Shown here: piece by piece, positions 18,711 through 25,875 of the stretch
How positions within the stretch are numbered: position 1 is the first letter of the stretch
How the letters are laid out: each line of letters opens with the position of its first letter
NCBI GenBank assembly: GCA_947085395.1
Contig: CAMTWE010000185.1
Span: forward strand, 1 to 33,491
DNA length: 33,491 nucleotides
Origin: an uncultured Bacteroidota bacterium
Lineage (GTDB): Bacteria > Bacteroidota > Bacteroidia > Flavobacteriales > Flavobacteriaceae
Reading direction: 5' to 3'
Made by a program: the position numbers and the translations under genes
The notes under the pieces: generated by a model
What the model was told of the DNA's origin: nothing
The model's input: the letters and a program-made list of their open reading frames with translations, nothing else
Databases searched by the model: none

Positions 18711-19535
18711 TTAATTATTGGTGTTATAAGTAATTAGAGCTGGTTTAGAATCTATGTTTAATTGTTTGATGTGGCTTAATTGTTTCAATTCATAAGGATA
18801 TACAGCTTCAAATTTATTTTCTTTTAAGTTTAATTCTTTTAGATTGGTTAAATTTGCTATAGCTAGTGGAATGTTACCCTCCATATTGTTATCAAATAAA
18901 CTAAAAGTTTGTAGTTGTTGTAGTTGGCAAATTTCGGTAGGTATATTTCCTGAAATTTTATTACTGCTAATTTGAATCACTTCTAATTGAGAAAGATTGC
19001 CTATTTCTTTCGGAATTCTTCCAGAAAAATCGTTGTTAAACAAAACCAATTGTTTTAAATTAGTTAATTGTCCAATTTTAGGTGAAATAGAGCCAGAAAT
19101 TTCATTCATAAATAAACTCAAATTTTCTAATGTTTTGATATCGTATAATGATTCAGGAATTTGACCTCTGATACTATTAAAAGAAAGTTTCAATTCTTTC
19201 AATGCTTGCAAATTTCCAATATTAGCAGGAATGTTACCACTCAAACTATTTTGTTGAAGATTTAAGGTTTTTAAATTACTTAAAGTAGTTATTTCAGTAG
19301 GAATAGTGCCATCCAAATTATTATTAGCTAAAATCAATTGCGTTACATGGTTGTTAACAACTCTCACTCCAAACCACTCATTTACAGGTTTGTTTAAATC
19401 CCATTTTACGATCCAATTTTCACCGTCTGTTGCTTTGTGTAAAGCAATTAGTGCATTTCTCTCCTCAATAGATACTTGTGAAAATCCAACAAAACTAAGG
19501 GTGAAAAGAGCTAAAATTAGAATTAAATTTTTCAT
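18711..19535 (-). CDS. Secreted leucine-rich repeat protein with plant-specific-type 24-residue LRRs
   Basis: 274 aa. Signal peptide, then an LRRNT_2-like cap (ERNALIALHKATDGENW...WFGVRV). About 8 tandem 24-aa repeats follow, matching LxxLxLxxNxLSGxIPxxIGxLxx. Confidence 0.85.
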   Translation of the reverse strand: MKNLILILALFTLSFVGFSQVSIEERNALIALHKATDGENWIVKWDLNKPVNEWFGVRVVNNHVTQLILANNNLDGTIPTEITTLSNLKTLNLQQNSLSGNIPANIGNLQALKELKLSFNSIRGQIPESLYDIKTLENLSLFMNEISGSISPKIGQLTNLKQLVLFNNDFSGRIPKEIGNLSQLEVIQISSNKISGNIPTEICQLQQLQTFSLFDNNMEGNIPLAIANLTNLKELNLKENKFEAVYPYELKQLSHIKQLNIDSKPALITYNTNN

Positions 19536-19614
19536 AATAAGTAGATTTAGTGTTTATGAAATCATTTTTGATAGTGTAAATGTACGATATAAAAAAACAA
19601 AAAGCAAGTAAAAA

Positions 19615-19655
19615 GCAAAAAAATTACCATTTGTTTGCAAAAAATTACCATTTGT
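19615..19655. repeat. Tandem direct repeat GCAAAAAA(A)TTACCATTTGT x2
   Basis: Copies at 19615-19634 and 19637-19655, 22-bp period, in the divergent LRR / bshB1 intergenic region. Confidence 0.8.
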
Positions 19656-19711
19656 GATAAAAAACATGCCGTATAAAAATATTTTTAAAGTTTATTTTGA
19701 ATAAAAATTAG

Positions 19712-19745
19712 TTGATATTTCAATCATCTTATTCCCTTATCTTTG
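19712..19745 (+). promoter_or_regulatory. Candidate Bacteroidota promoter for bshB1
   Basis: TTG (19712-14), 23-nt spacer, TATCTTTG (19738-45), 23 nt upstream of ATG 19769. Confidence 0.4.
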
Positions 19746-19768
19746 TAAATGATTTTAAATTTAAATTG

Positions 19769-20485
19769 ATGAAATTAGATATCCTAGCCATAGGTGCACA
19801 TCCAGATGATGTTGAATTGGGTTGTGGCGCAACCCTTGCCAAAGAAATTTCTTTAGGAAAGAAAGTCGGAATTTTAGATTTAACCCAAGGCGAATTAAGC
19901 ACGCGAGGAACTATTGCAATTAGACAAGAAGAAGCCAAAAATGCTGCTGAAATATTAGGCATTAGTATGCGTGAAAATATTGGATTTGCAGATGGTTTTT
20001 TTGTAAATGATAAAACGCACCAATTAGAAATTGTTAAAATAATTAGAAAATATCAACCTACTATTGTGTTGTTAAACGCCATCAGCGATCGGCATATAGA
20101 TCATCAAAAAGCGAGTGAATTAGCTTCGGCAGCTTGTTTTTTAGCTGGTTTGCGAAAAGTTGAAACAAGTATTGATGGAGAAGATCAAGAAACTTGGAGA
20201 CCCAAACAAGTGTACCATTATATACAATGGGATGATTTAAAACCAGATTTTGTAGTTGATATTTCTGATTTTATAGAAATTAAAATGAAAGCCGTTAAAG
20301 CATTTGATTCTCAATTTTTTAATCCAGAAAGTAAGGAGCCAAATTCACCCATAAGTTCTCAAAATTTTATAGAAAGTGTGCGTTACAGAGCGCAAAATTT
20401 AGGCAGGTTAATTGGTGTTTCTTATGCCGAAGGATTTACGGCAGCCCGTTATGTAGCGGTAGATTCTTTAGATAAATTAATTTAA
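19769..20485 (+). CDS. bshB1: Bacillithiol biosynthesis deacetylase (LmbE/PIG-L family)
   Basis: Motifs AHPDDVELG and HIDH. Start moved to ATG 19769 (MKLDILAIGAHPDD). The track start at 19712 is a TTG that overlaps the promoter candidate. Confidence 0.8.
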   Translation: MKLDILAIGAHPDDVELGCGATLAKEISLGKKVGILDLTQGELSTRGTIAIRQEEAKNAAEILGISMRENIGFADGFFVNDKTHQLEIVKIIRKYQPTIVLLNAISDRHIDHQKASELASAACFLAGLRKVETSIDGEDQETWRPKQVYHYIQWDDLKPDFVVDISDFIEIKMKAVKAFDSQFFNPESKEPNSPISSQNFIESVRYRAQNLGRLIGVSYAEGFTAARYVAVDSLDKLI

Positions 20486-20493
20486 AAAAATAT

Positions 20494-20523
20494 TTGCAGA
20501 ATATTGGAAATAGTGTACATTTG
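20494..20523 (+). promoter_or_regulatory. Bacteroidota sigma-A promoter for tRNA-His
   Basis: TTG (20494-96), 19-nt spacer, TACATTTG (20516-23). The motif ends 12 nt upstream of the tRNA 5' end. Confidence 0.55.
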
Positions 20524-20535
20524 CAGTCTCAAAAT

Positions 20536-20610
20536 GGTGGTTGTAGCTCAGTTGGTTAGAGCATCGGTTTGTGGTACCGAGGGTCGCCGGTTCGAGCCCG
20601 GTCTTCCACC
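20536..20610 (+). tRNA. tRNA-His (anticodon GTG) with genome-encoded G-1
   Basis: Manual cloverleaf: G-1; acceptor GTGGTTG / CTTCCAC; D-arm GCTC-AGTTGGTTA-GAGC; anticodon arm TCGGT-TTGTGGT-ACCGA; T-arm GCCGG-TTCGAGC-CCGGT; discriminator C. Pairs 5-68 and 6-67 are U-U. CCA is not fully encoded. Confidence 0.85.
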
Positions 20611-20612
20611 CA

Positions 20613-20644
20613 AAAAGAGTTCTGATTTTTCAGAACTCTTTTTT
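20613..20644. terminator. Bidirectional intrinsic terminator (tRNA-His / uvrA)
   Basis: AAAAGAGTTCTGA-TTTT-TCAGAACTCTTTT hairpin with a T-run. Confidence 0.85.
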
Positions 20645-20647
20645 ATT

Positions 20648-23434
20648 TTAGGTCATTAATTTTTCTTTAAGATACTTTGCAGTATAGGAATTTTCGCAAC
20701 TTAAAAGTGCTTCTGGAGTTCCTTCAAACAATAAATTCCCTCCATTTTTTCCGCCTTCTAATCCTAAATCTATAATATAATCTGCACATTTTATGAGTTC
20801 TAAATTGTGCTCAATTACAATGATAGAATGTCCTTTTTCTATCAAAGCATTGAAAGATTTTAATAATTTTTTAATGTCGTGAAAATGGAGACCTGTTGTT
20901 GGTTCATCAAAAATAAAGAGTGTTTTTTCTGTTGTTGTTCCTTTAATTAAAAAGGATGCTAATTTAATGCGTTGTGCTTCACCACCAGATAGGGTAGAAG
21001 ATGATTGTCCTAATTTTATATATCCCAATCCAACTTCTTGTAATGGCAGTAATTTTTGTGCAATTTTTGTTTCATCATTTTGGATAAAAAAATCAATGGC
21101 TTCATCTACAGACATTTCTAAAACATCAACAATTGATTTTTGATGAAACTTAATTTCTAAAATTTCTTTTTGAAATCTTTTACCGTTACAAACCTCACAA
21201 ATTAACTGAACATCTGCCATAAATTGCATTTCAATAGTAACTTCACCATCGCCTTTACAGGTGTTGCATCTTCCGCCATCAACATTAAATGAAAAATGTT
21301 TTGGTTTGTAATTTCTAACAACTGCTAAACTTAATCCGGCAAATAAATTGCGAATATCATCATATGCTTTGATGTAGGTTACTGGATTTGAGCGGCTGGA
21401 GCGTCCAATGGGGTTTTGATCTACAAATTCTATTTGTTTGATACTTTGAAAACTTCCTTTTAAATCGGTAAATTCACCAATTTTTGTGCTGTTTCCTGTT
21501 AATTTTTTTATCAAAGCAGGATACAAAATATTTTTAACCAAGGTACTTTTGCCACTTCCAGAAACTCCTGTAATTACGGTAAGTGAATTTAACGGAAATC
21601 TAACGTTAATATTTTTTAAATTATGAGCTCTAGCCCCTTCTATTTCGATGAAATTATTAGAAACTCTTCGGTTTTTAGGAACTTCAATTTGTAATTTTTT
21701 ATTTAAGTATTGGGCTGTTAATGAATTTGATTTTAATAAATTTTGATAAGTGCCTTGGGCGGTTAAATGACCTCCAAATATTCCAGCTTCTGGGCCAATA
21801 TCAATAATATAATCAGCCGATTTGATGATATCTTCATCGTGTTCAACGACTATCACCGTATTGCCGATATCGCGCAGTTTTTTAAGTAAAATGATTAGTT
21901 TTTCAGTGTCTTTTGAATGCAATCCGATGCTTGGTTCATCTAAAATATACATAGATCCTACCAAACTGCTGCCCAATGAAGTGGCTAAATTGATGCGTTG
22001 CGATTCACCTCCAGAAAGGGTATTAGCGGTTCTGTTTAAGGTTAAATAACCCAAACCAATGTCATTTAAAAATCCGAGTCGGGTGTTAATTTCTGTAAGC
22101 AAACGTTTAGAAACTTCAGTTTCGTGTGGTGTAAGATTCAGATTTTCTGTTAAAATAATAAGTTCATTGAGTGGTAATTCAACCAAATCTGTTATTGATT
22201 TTCCATTTATTTTAACAAAATCGGCTTCTTTTCTAAGTCGTTTTCCCCTACAATCTGTACATTTTGTTTTTCCTCGATATCGAGATAACATCACTCTATA
22301 TTGAATTTTATAGGTTTTTTCTTCTAGATATTTAAAAAAATCATGCAATCCTTTAAAATGTTTTGTGCCATTCCAAATCAATAATTTTAAGTTTTCATCA
22401 ATTTCAAACCATGGCTTGTGAATTGGAATGTTATATTTTGATGCGTTTAAAATAATTTCCTCTTTAAAGTGTGAAAATGATTCTGATTTATAGGGAACTA
22501 TGGCATCATCTAAAATAGAAAGTGCTGTATTCGGAATTACCAATTCATCATCAATACCTATAATATTGCCATATCCTTCACATTTCGGACAAGCGCCATA
22601 AGGATTGTTAAAACTGAAAAGATGCACAGACGGTTCTAAAAAAAGGATTCCGTCGTGTTCAAAAGCAGTGCTAAATGATTTGGTAAATTTTGTTTGAAGA
22701 TTTTCCAACACACAAATACCATTTCCTTCGTTAAAAGCAATTTGTACGGCATCACCCAGTCTAAAATAAAAATCATCATGATGTTGCACCACAATTCTAT
22801 CAACTACAATAAAAATAATATCTTTTGTATTTGGAATATAATCTTCTATTTTGAGGACATTTTCATTCACTTTTAAGCGTGAAAAACCTTGATGCGCCAG
22901 TATTTTAATTATTTTTTCTAGCTGAGATAAATCACTAAATTTTATTGGTGATAACAATAAATATTTATCGCCCTCTGTTGTTGTTTTAATAAAATCTATG
23001 ACATCAGATACCTTATTTTTTTTGACTTCTTCCTTAGAAATAGGTGAAAAAGTGCGACCAATTCTGGCATACAAAAGTTTCAAATAATCGTAAATTTCTG
23101 TTGAGGTACCAACGGTAGAACGTGGATTTGTTGAGTTTACTTTTTGCTCAATTGCAATTGCCGGTGATATACCTTTGATATAATCTACTTTTGGCTTGGA
23201 TAATTTTCCTAAAAACTGTCGTGCATAGGAAGATAAACTTTCTACATACCTTCTTTGTCCTTCTGCATAAAGCGTATCAAAAGCCAAACTAGATTTTCCA
23301 GAACCAGATAAACCAGTAATTACAACTAATTTATTGCGAGGAATTGCAACATCAATATTTTTTAAATTGTGCAGTTTTGCACCTTTTATCAAGATAAATT
23401 CCTTCGGATCTAATTTACTGAAATTGATTTCCAT
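20648..23434 (-). CDS. uvrA: Excinuclease ABC subunit A
   Basis: Two ABC ATPase modules (GLSGSGKSSLAFDTLYAEGQRRYVESLSSYARQF; [10 protein letters not shown]) plus zinc-finger CxxC pairs. Start set to ATG 23434 (MEINFSKLDPKEF...). The longer track ORF starts at a TTG and contains the promoter motif. Confidence 0.9.
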   Translation of the reverse strand: MEINFSKLDPKEFILIKGAKLHNLKNIDVAIPRNKLVVITGLSGSGKSSLAFDTLYAEGQRRYVESLSSYARQFLGKLSKPKVDYIKGISPAIAIEQKVNSTNPRSTVGTSTEIYDYLKLLYARIGRTFSPISKEEVKKNKVSDVIDFIKTTTEGDKYLLLSPIKFSDLSQLEKIIKILAHQGFSRLKVNENVLKIEDYIPNTKDIIFIVVDRIVVQHHDDFYFRLGDAVQIAFNEGNGICVLENLQTKFTKSFSTAFEHDGILFLEPSVHLFSFNNPYGACPKCEGYGNIIGIDDELVIPNTALSILDDAIVPYKSESFSHFKEEIILNASKYNIPIHKPWFEIDENLKLLIWNGTKHFKGLHDFFKYLEEKTYKIQYRVMLSRYRGKTKCTDCRGKRLRKEADFVKINGKSITDLVELPLNELIILTENLNLTPHETEVSKRLLTEINTRLGFLNDIGLGYLTLNRTANTLSGGESQRINLATSLGSSLVGSMYILDEPSIGLHSKDTEKLIILLKKLRDIGNTVIVVEHDEDIIKSADYIIDIGPEAGIFGGHLTAQGTYQNLLKSNSLTAQYLNKKLQIEVPKNRRVSNNFIEIEGARAHNLKNINVRFPLNSLTVITGVSGSGKSTLVKNILYPALIKKLTGNSTKIGEFTDLKGSFQSIKQIEFVDQNPIGRSSRSNPVTYIKAYDDIRNLFAGLSLAVVRNYKPKHFSFNVDGGRCNTCKGDGEVTIEMQFMADVQLICEVCNGKRFQKEILEIKFHQKSIVDVLEMSVDEAIDFFIQNDETKIAQKLLPLQEVGLGYIKLGQSSSTLSGGEAQRIKLASFLIKGTTTEKTLFIFDEPTTGLHFHDIKKLLKSFNALIEKGHSIIVIEHNLELIKCADYIIDLGLEGGKNGGNLLFEGTPEALLSCENSYTAKYLKEKLMT

Positions 23435-23449
23435 TTTTTTAAATAAATG

Positions 23450-23480
23450 CAAAAATAAGGATTCTGAATTAGAATTCAAT
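23450..23480 (-). promoter_or_regulatory. Candidate Bacteroidota promoter for uvrA
   Basis: Minus strand: TTG (23480-78), 20-nt spacer, TATTTTTG (23457-50), ending 15 nt upstream of ATG 23434. Confidence 0.45.
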
Positions 23481-23670
23481 TGAACGTTGGTTTAGTTTTT
23501 GAATTGAGGTTAAAAAATCATCAAAAAAAATTATTTGTAAAAAAATGGAATTTAATTTAATTTATAATCATTTGTTTTTTATATTTGAACTATTAAACTC
23601 AAAAAATCGCCTATAGTCCAGAATTACTTTTAATTAAAATCCACTTAATTAAGTTTAAAAAAGTAATGTT

Positions 23671-24255
23671 ATGGAATTCCGTTTATTATCTGATAGCCAG
23701 CTTATAGAATTATATATTCAAGGAGAAGAACAAGCACTAGAATTTTTAATTCGCAAGCATCAATCACGTATTTTTAACTTTATTTATTCAAAAGTTCGCA
23801 ATAGAGATGTTGCAAATGATTTGTTTCAAGATGTTTTTATTAAAGTAATTAACACTTTAAAAGCCGGACAATACAGCGAAGAAGGGAAATTTTTACCTTG
23901 GATTTTGCGTATTTCTCATAATTTAGTGATTGATTATTTTAGAAAAAATAAAAGATCACCAGTCTTTACCAATACAGATGATTTTGATATTTTTCATGTT
24001 GTAAAAGATGAAGGACTCAATATTGAAAGTGTTATGATTAAAGAACAAATAGATTCTGATGTTATAAAACTGTTAGAAGAATTGCCTGAAGATCAAAAAG
24101 AAGTGCTTAAAATGCGCATTTTTCAGGATATGAGTTTTAAAGAAATTGCAGAAAATACAGGTGTTAGCATTAATACTGCTTTAGGAAGGATGCGTTATGC
24201 ACTTATTAATTTGCGCAAACTCATTGAAAAACACCAAATTATTATCACCAATTAA
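23671..24255 (+). CDS. RNA polymerase sigma factor, sigma-70 family, ECF-like (regions 2 and 4)
   Basis: 194 aa. Region 2 (DLFQDVFIKV...WILRISHNLVIDYFRK) and region 4 HTH (MSFKEIAENTGVSINTALGRMRYA). Confidence 0.85.
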   Translation: MEFRLLSDSQLIELYIQGEEQALEFLIRKHQSRIFNFIYSKVRNRDVANDLFQDVFIKVINTLKAGQYSEEGKFLPWILRISHNLVIDYFRKNKRSPVFTNTDDFDIFHVVKDEGLNIESVMIKEQIDSDVIKLLEELPEDQKEVLKMRIFQDMSFKEIAENTGVSINTALGRMRYALINLRKLIEKHQIIITN

Positions 24256-24308
24256 ACAATAATATAATTTGTTTTGCGTTCTAAATATATAGAATCAAAA
24301 TATATTAT

Positions 24309-24452
24309 ATGAAACAACTTTACAATTTAAAAAATTTAGAAGTACCAATAGAGCCATCAAGAGAAACAATTCAATTCTTATTGAACTATTCAAAAGGGTT
24401 GCGGACTGTTAAAACTGGTAAAAATCAGCTTTTTTTCTTTCATTTGAATTAA
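24309..24452 (+). CDS. Small ORF (47 aa) downstream of the sigma factor, hypothetical
   Basis: Hand translation: MKQLYNLKNLEVPIEPSRETIQFLLNYSKGLRTVKTGKNQLFFFHLN*. No terminator separates it from the sigma gene, and a strong terminator follows 4 nt after its stop. It falls below the length cutoff of the ORF track. Confidence 0.35.
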   Translation: MKQLYNLKNLEVPIEPSRETIQFLLNYSKGLRTVKTGKNQLFFFHLN

Positions 24453-24455
24453 TTT

Positions 24456-24485
24456 AAAAAAGACTCTTTCGAGAGTCTTTTTTTT
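24456..24485. terminator. Bidirectional intrinsic terminator
   Basis: AGACTCT-TTCG-AGAGTCT hairpin flanked by A5 and T8. Confidence 0.85.
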
Positions 24486-24494
24486 ATCAATAAA

Positions 24495-25118
24495 TTATTG
24501 CTTACCAATTGTTTTGCTGATGATATCTTTTTCAAGATCCCATCCACGAGCTGGAGAAAATTCTCTTCCATAAAAAATAATTTGTAGGTGGAGTTTGTTC
24601 CAAATTTCAATCGGGAATAATCTTTTAGCATCAATTTCTGTTTGAACCACATTTTTTCCGGATGTTAATTTCCAACGAACCATCAATCTATGAATATGAG
24701 TATCAACCGGAAAAGCCGGAACATTGAATGCTTGCGACATTACAACACTCGCCGTTTTATGTCCAACAGACGGAAATGCCTCAAGGGCTTCAAATGATTG
24801 TGGCACTTTTCCATCGTGTAATTCAATGATCATTTTTGATAATCCATAAATACCTTTAGATTTCATGGGTGAAAGTCCAACAGGTTTTATAATAGCTTCT
24901 ATTTCTGGAATTGTTAATTTTACCATATCAAACGGATTATTAGCTTTTTCAAAAAGAATTGGCGTAATGGTATTTACCCGCGCATCGGTACTTTGAGCAG
25001 AAAGCAACACCGCAATTAATAAAGTGTAAGGATCTTTGTGAAGTAAAGGTATTGGCGGATTGGGATATAATCTTTCTAAAGTATCAATGATAAAATCTAT
25101 TTTTTCTTGTTGGGTCAT
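24495..25118 (-). CDS. nth: Endonuclease III-like HhH-GPD DNA glycosylase lacking the [4Fe-4S] cluster loop
   Basis: 207 aa. HhH with catalytic Lys context (FPSVGHKTASVVM) and catalytic Asp context (PVDTHIHR). The protein contains no cysteine at all. Confidence 0.8.
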   Translation of the reverse strand: MTQQEKIDFIIDTLERLYPNPPIPLLHKDPYTLLIAVLLSAQSTDARVNTITPILFEKANNPFDMVKLTIPEIEAIIKPVGLSPMKSKGIYGLSKMIIELHDGKVPQSFEALEAFPSVGHKTASVVMSQAFNVPAFPVDTHIHRLMVRWKLTSGKNVVQTEIDAKRLFPIEIWNKLHLQIIFYGREFSPARGWDLEKDIISKTIGKQ

Positions 25119-25128
25119 TATAAATGAT

Positions 25129-25162
25129 GTTATAAAGTTGTAAAGTTATAAAGTTATAAAGT
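25129..25162. repeat. Word-stutter tract (ATAAAGTT words), left arm of an inverted pair
   Basis: Reads gttataaagttgtaaagttataaagttataaagt. Its reverse complement recurs at 25306-25347. Confidence 0.6.
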
Positions 25163-25305
25163 AAAATGGATTTAAATATTTTAAATAAGGTTTAACTTTA
25201 TCAAACCAATAAACTCTTATTTTTTTAGAATGGCTTACTTTTAATCTATAATGGATTTTTAAAATTATCATAATCATATAGTTTTTACTATGAATTTATC
25301 TTATT

Positions 25306-25347
25306 AACTTTCGACATTTAAACTTTATAACTTTTAAACTTTAAACT
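25306..25347. repeat. Word-stutter tract (AACTTTAA/T words), right arm, with a CTTTCGACA fragment
   Basis: Reads aactttcgacatttaaactttataacttttaaactttaaact. Confidence 0.6.
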
Positions 25348-25353
25348 CATACA

Positions 25354-25803
25354 ATGACCACACTAAAAACAGGCGACTATGCTCCAAATTTTGAAGGTAT
25401 CAATGAAACTGGGCAAATGATAAAACTTTCTGATTATAAAGGAAAAAAATTAGTATTGTTCTTTTATCCAAAAGCAAGTACGCCGGGTTGTACCGCCGAA
25501 GCGTGTAATTTGCGCGATAATTATCATCAATTTATAGCCAAAGGTTTTGAAATTTTAGGCGTAAGTGCCGATGCTCCCAAAAAACAATTGCAATTTAAAG
25601 AAAAATATCAATTGCCTTTTTCTTTATTGGCCGATGAATCTAAAGAAGTTGTAAATGCCTACCAAGTTTGGGGAAGTAAAAAATTTATGGGAAAAACCTA
25701 TGACGGAATTTACAGAACTACCTTTATTATAGCTGAAAATGGTATAATTGAAAATGTAATTACCGATGTTAAAACCAACGATCACAGCGCGCAAATTATT
25801 TAA
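25354..25803 (+). CDS. bcp: Thioredoxin-dependent thiol peroxidase (Bcp / PrxQ)
   Basis: 149 aa with FYPKASTPGCTAEAC (CxxxxC peroxidatic/resolving pair). Confidence 0.9.
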   Translation: MTTLKTGDYAPNFEGINETGQMIKLSDYKGKKLVLFFYPKASTPGCTAEACNLRDNYHQFIAKGFEILGVSADAPKKQLQFKEKYQLPFSLLADESKEVVNAYQVWGSKKFMGKTYDGIYRTTFIIAENGIIENVITDVKTNDHSAQII

Positions 25804-25804
25804 T

Positions 25805-25840
25805 GAAGACTAAAGACCAATAGATTAAAGACTAAAGAAG
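25805..25840. repeat. Word-stutter tract (AAAGAC words)
   Basis: Reads gaagactaaagaccaatagattaaagactaaagaag. A related tract lies in inverted orientation at 32811-32851. Confidence 0.55.
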
Positions 25841-25875
25841 TGCGTTTATTGTATTGTGAAAAATTGTTGGTAAAA

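Noticed and set aside
23545-23616. 23-aa ORF (MEFNLIYNHLFFIFELLNSKNRL*) upstream of the sigma factor that shares the MEF start with it.
   Set aside because: Very short, AT-rich and low-complexity, with no terminator or promoter logic. The similarity is limited to the first three codons.
2444-25803. Apparent thiol/redox and DNA-damage theme: DCC oxidoreductase, glutathione peroxidase, bshB1, uvrA, nth and bcp.
   Set aside because: The genes are scattered over 23 kb on both strands, each with its own terminator and unrelated neighbours. This is more likely coincidence among common housekeeping genes than a coordinated locus. Only the nth/bcp divergent pair is physically linked.
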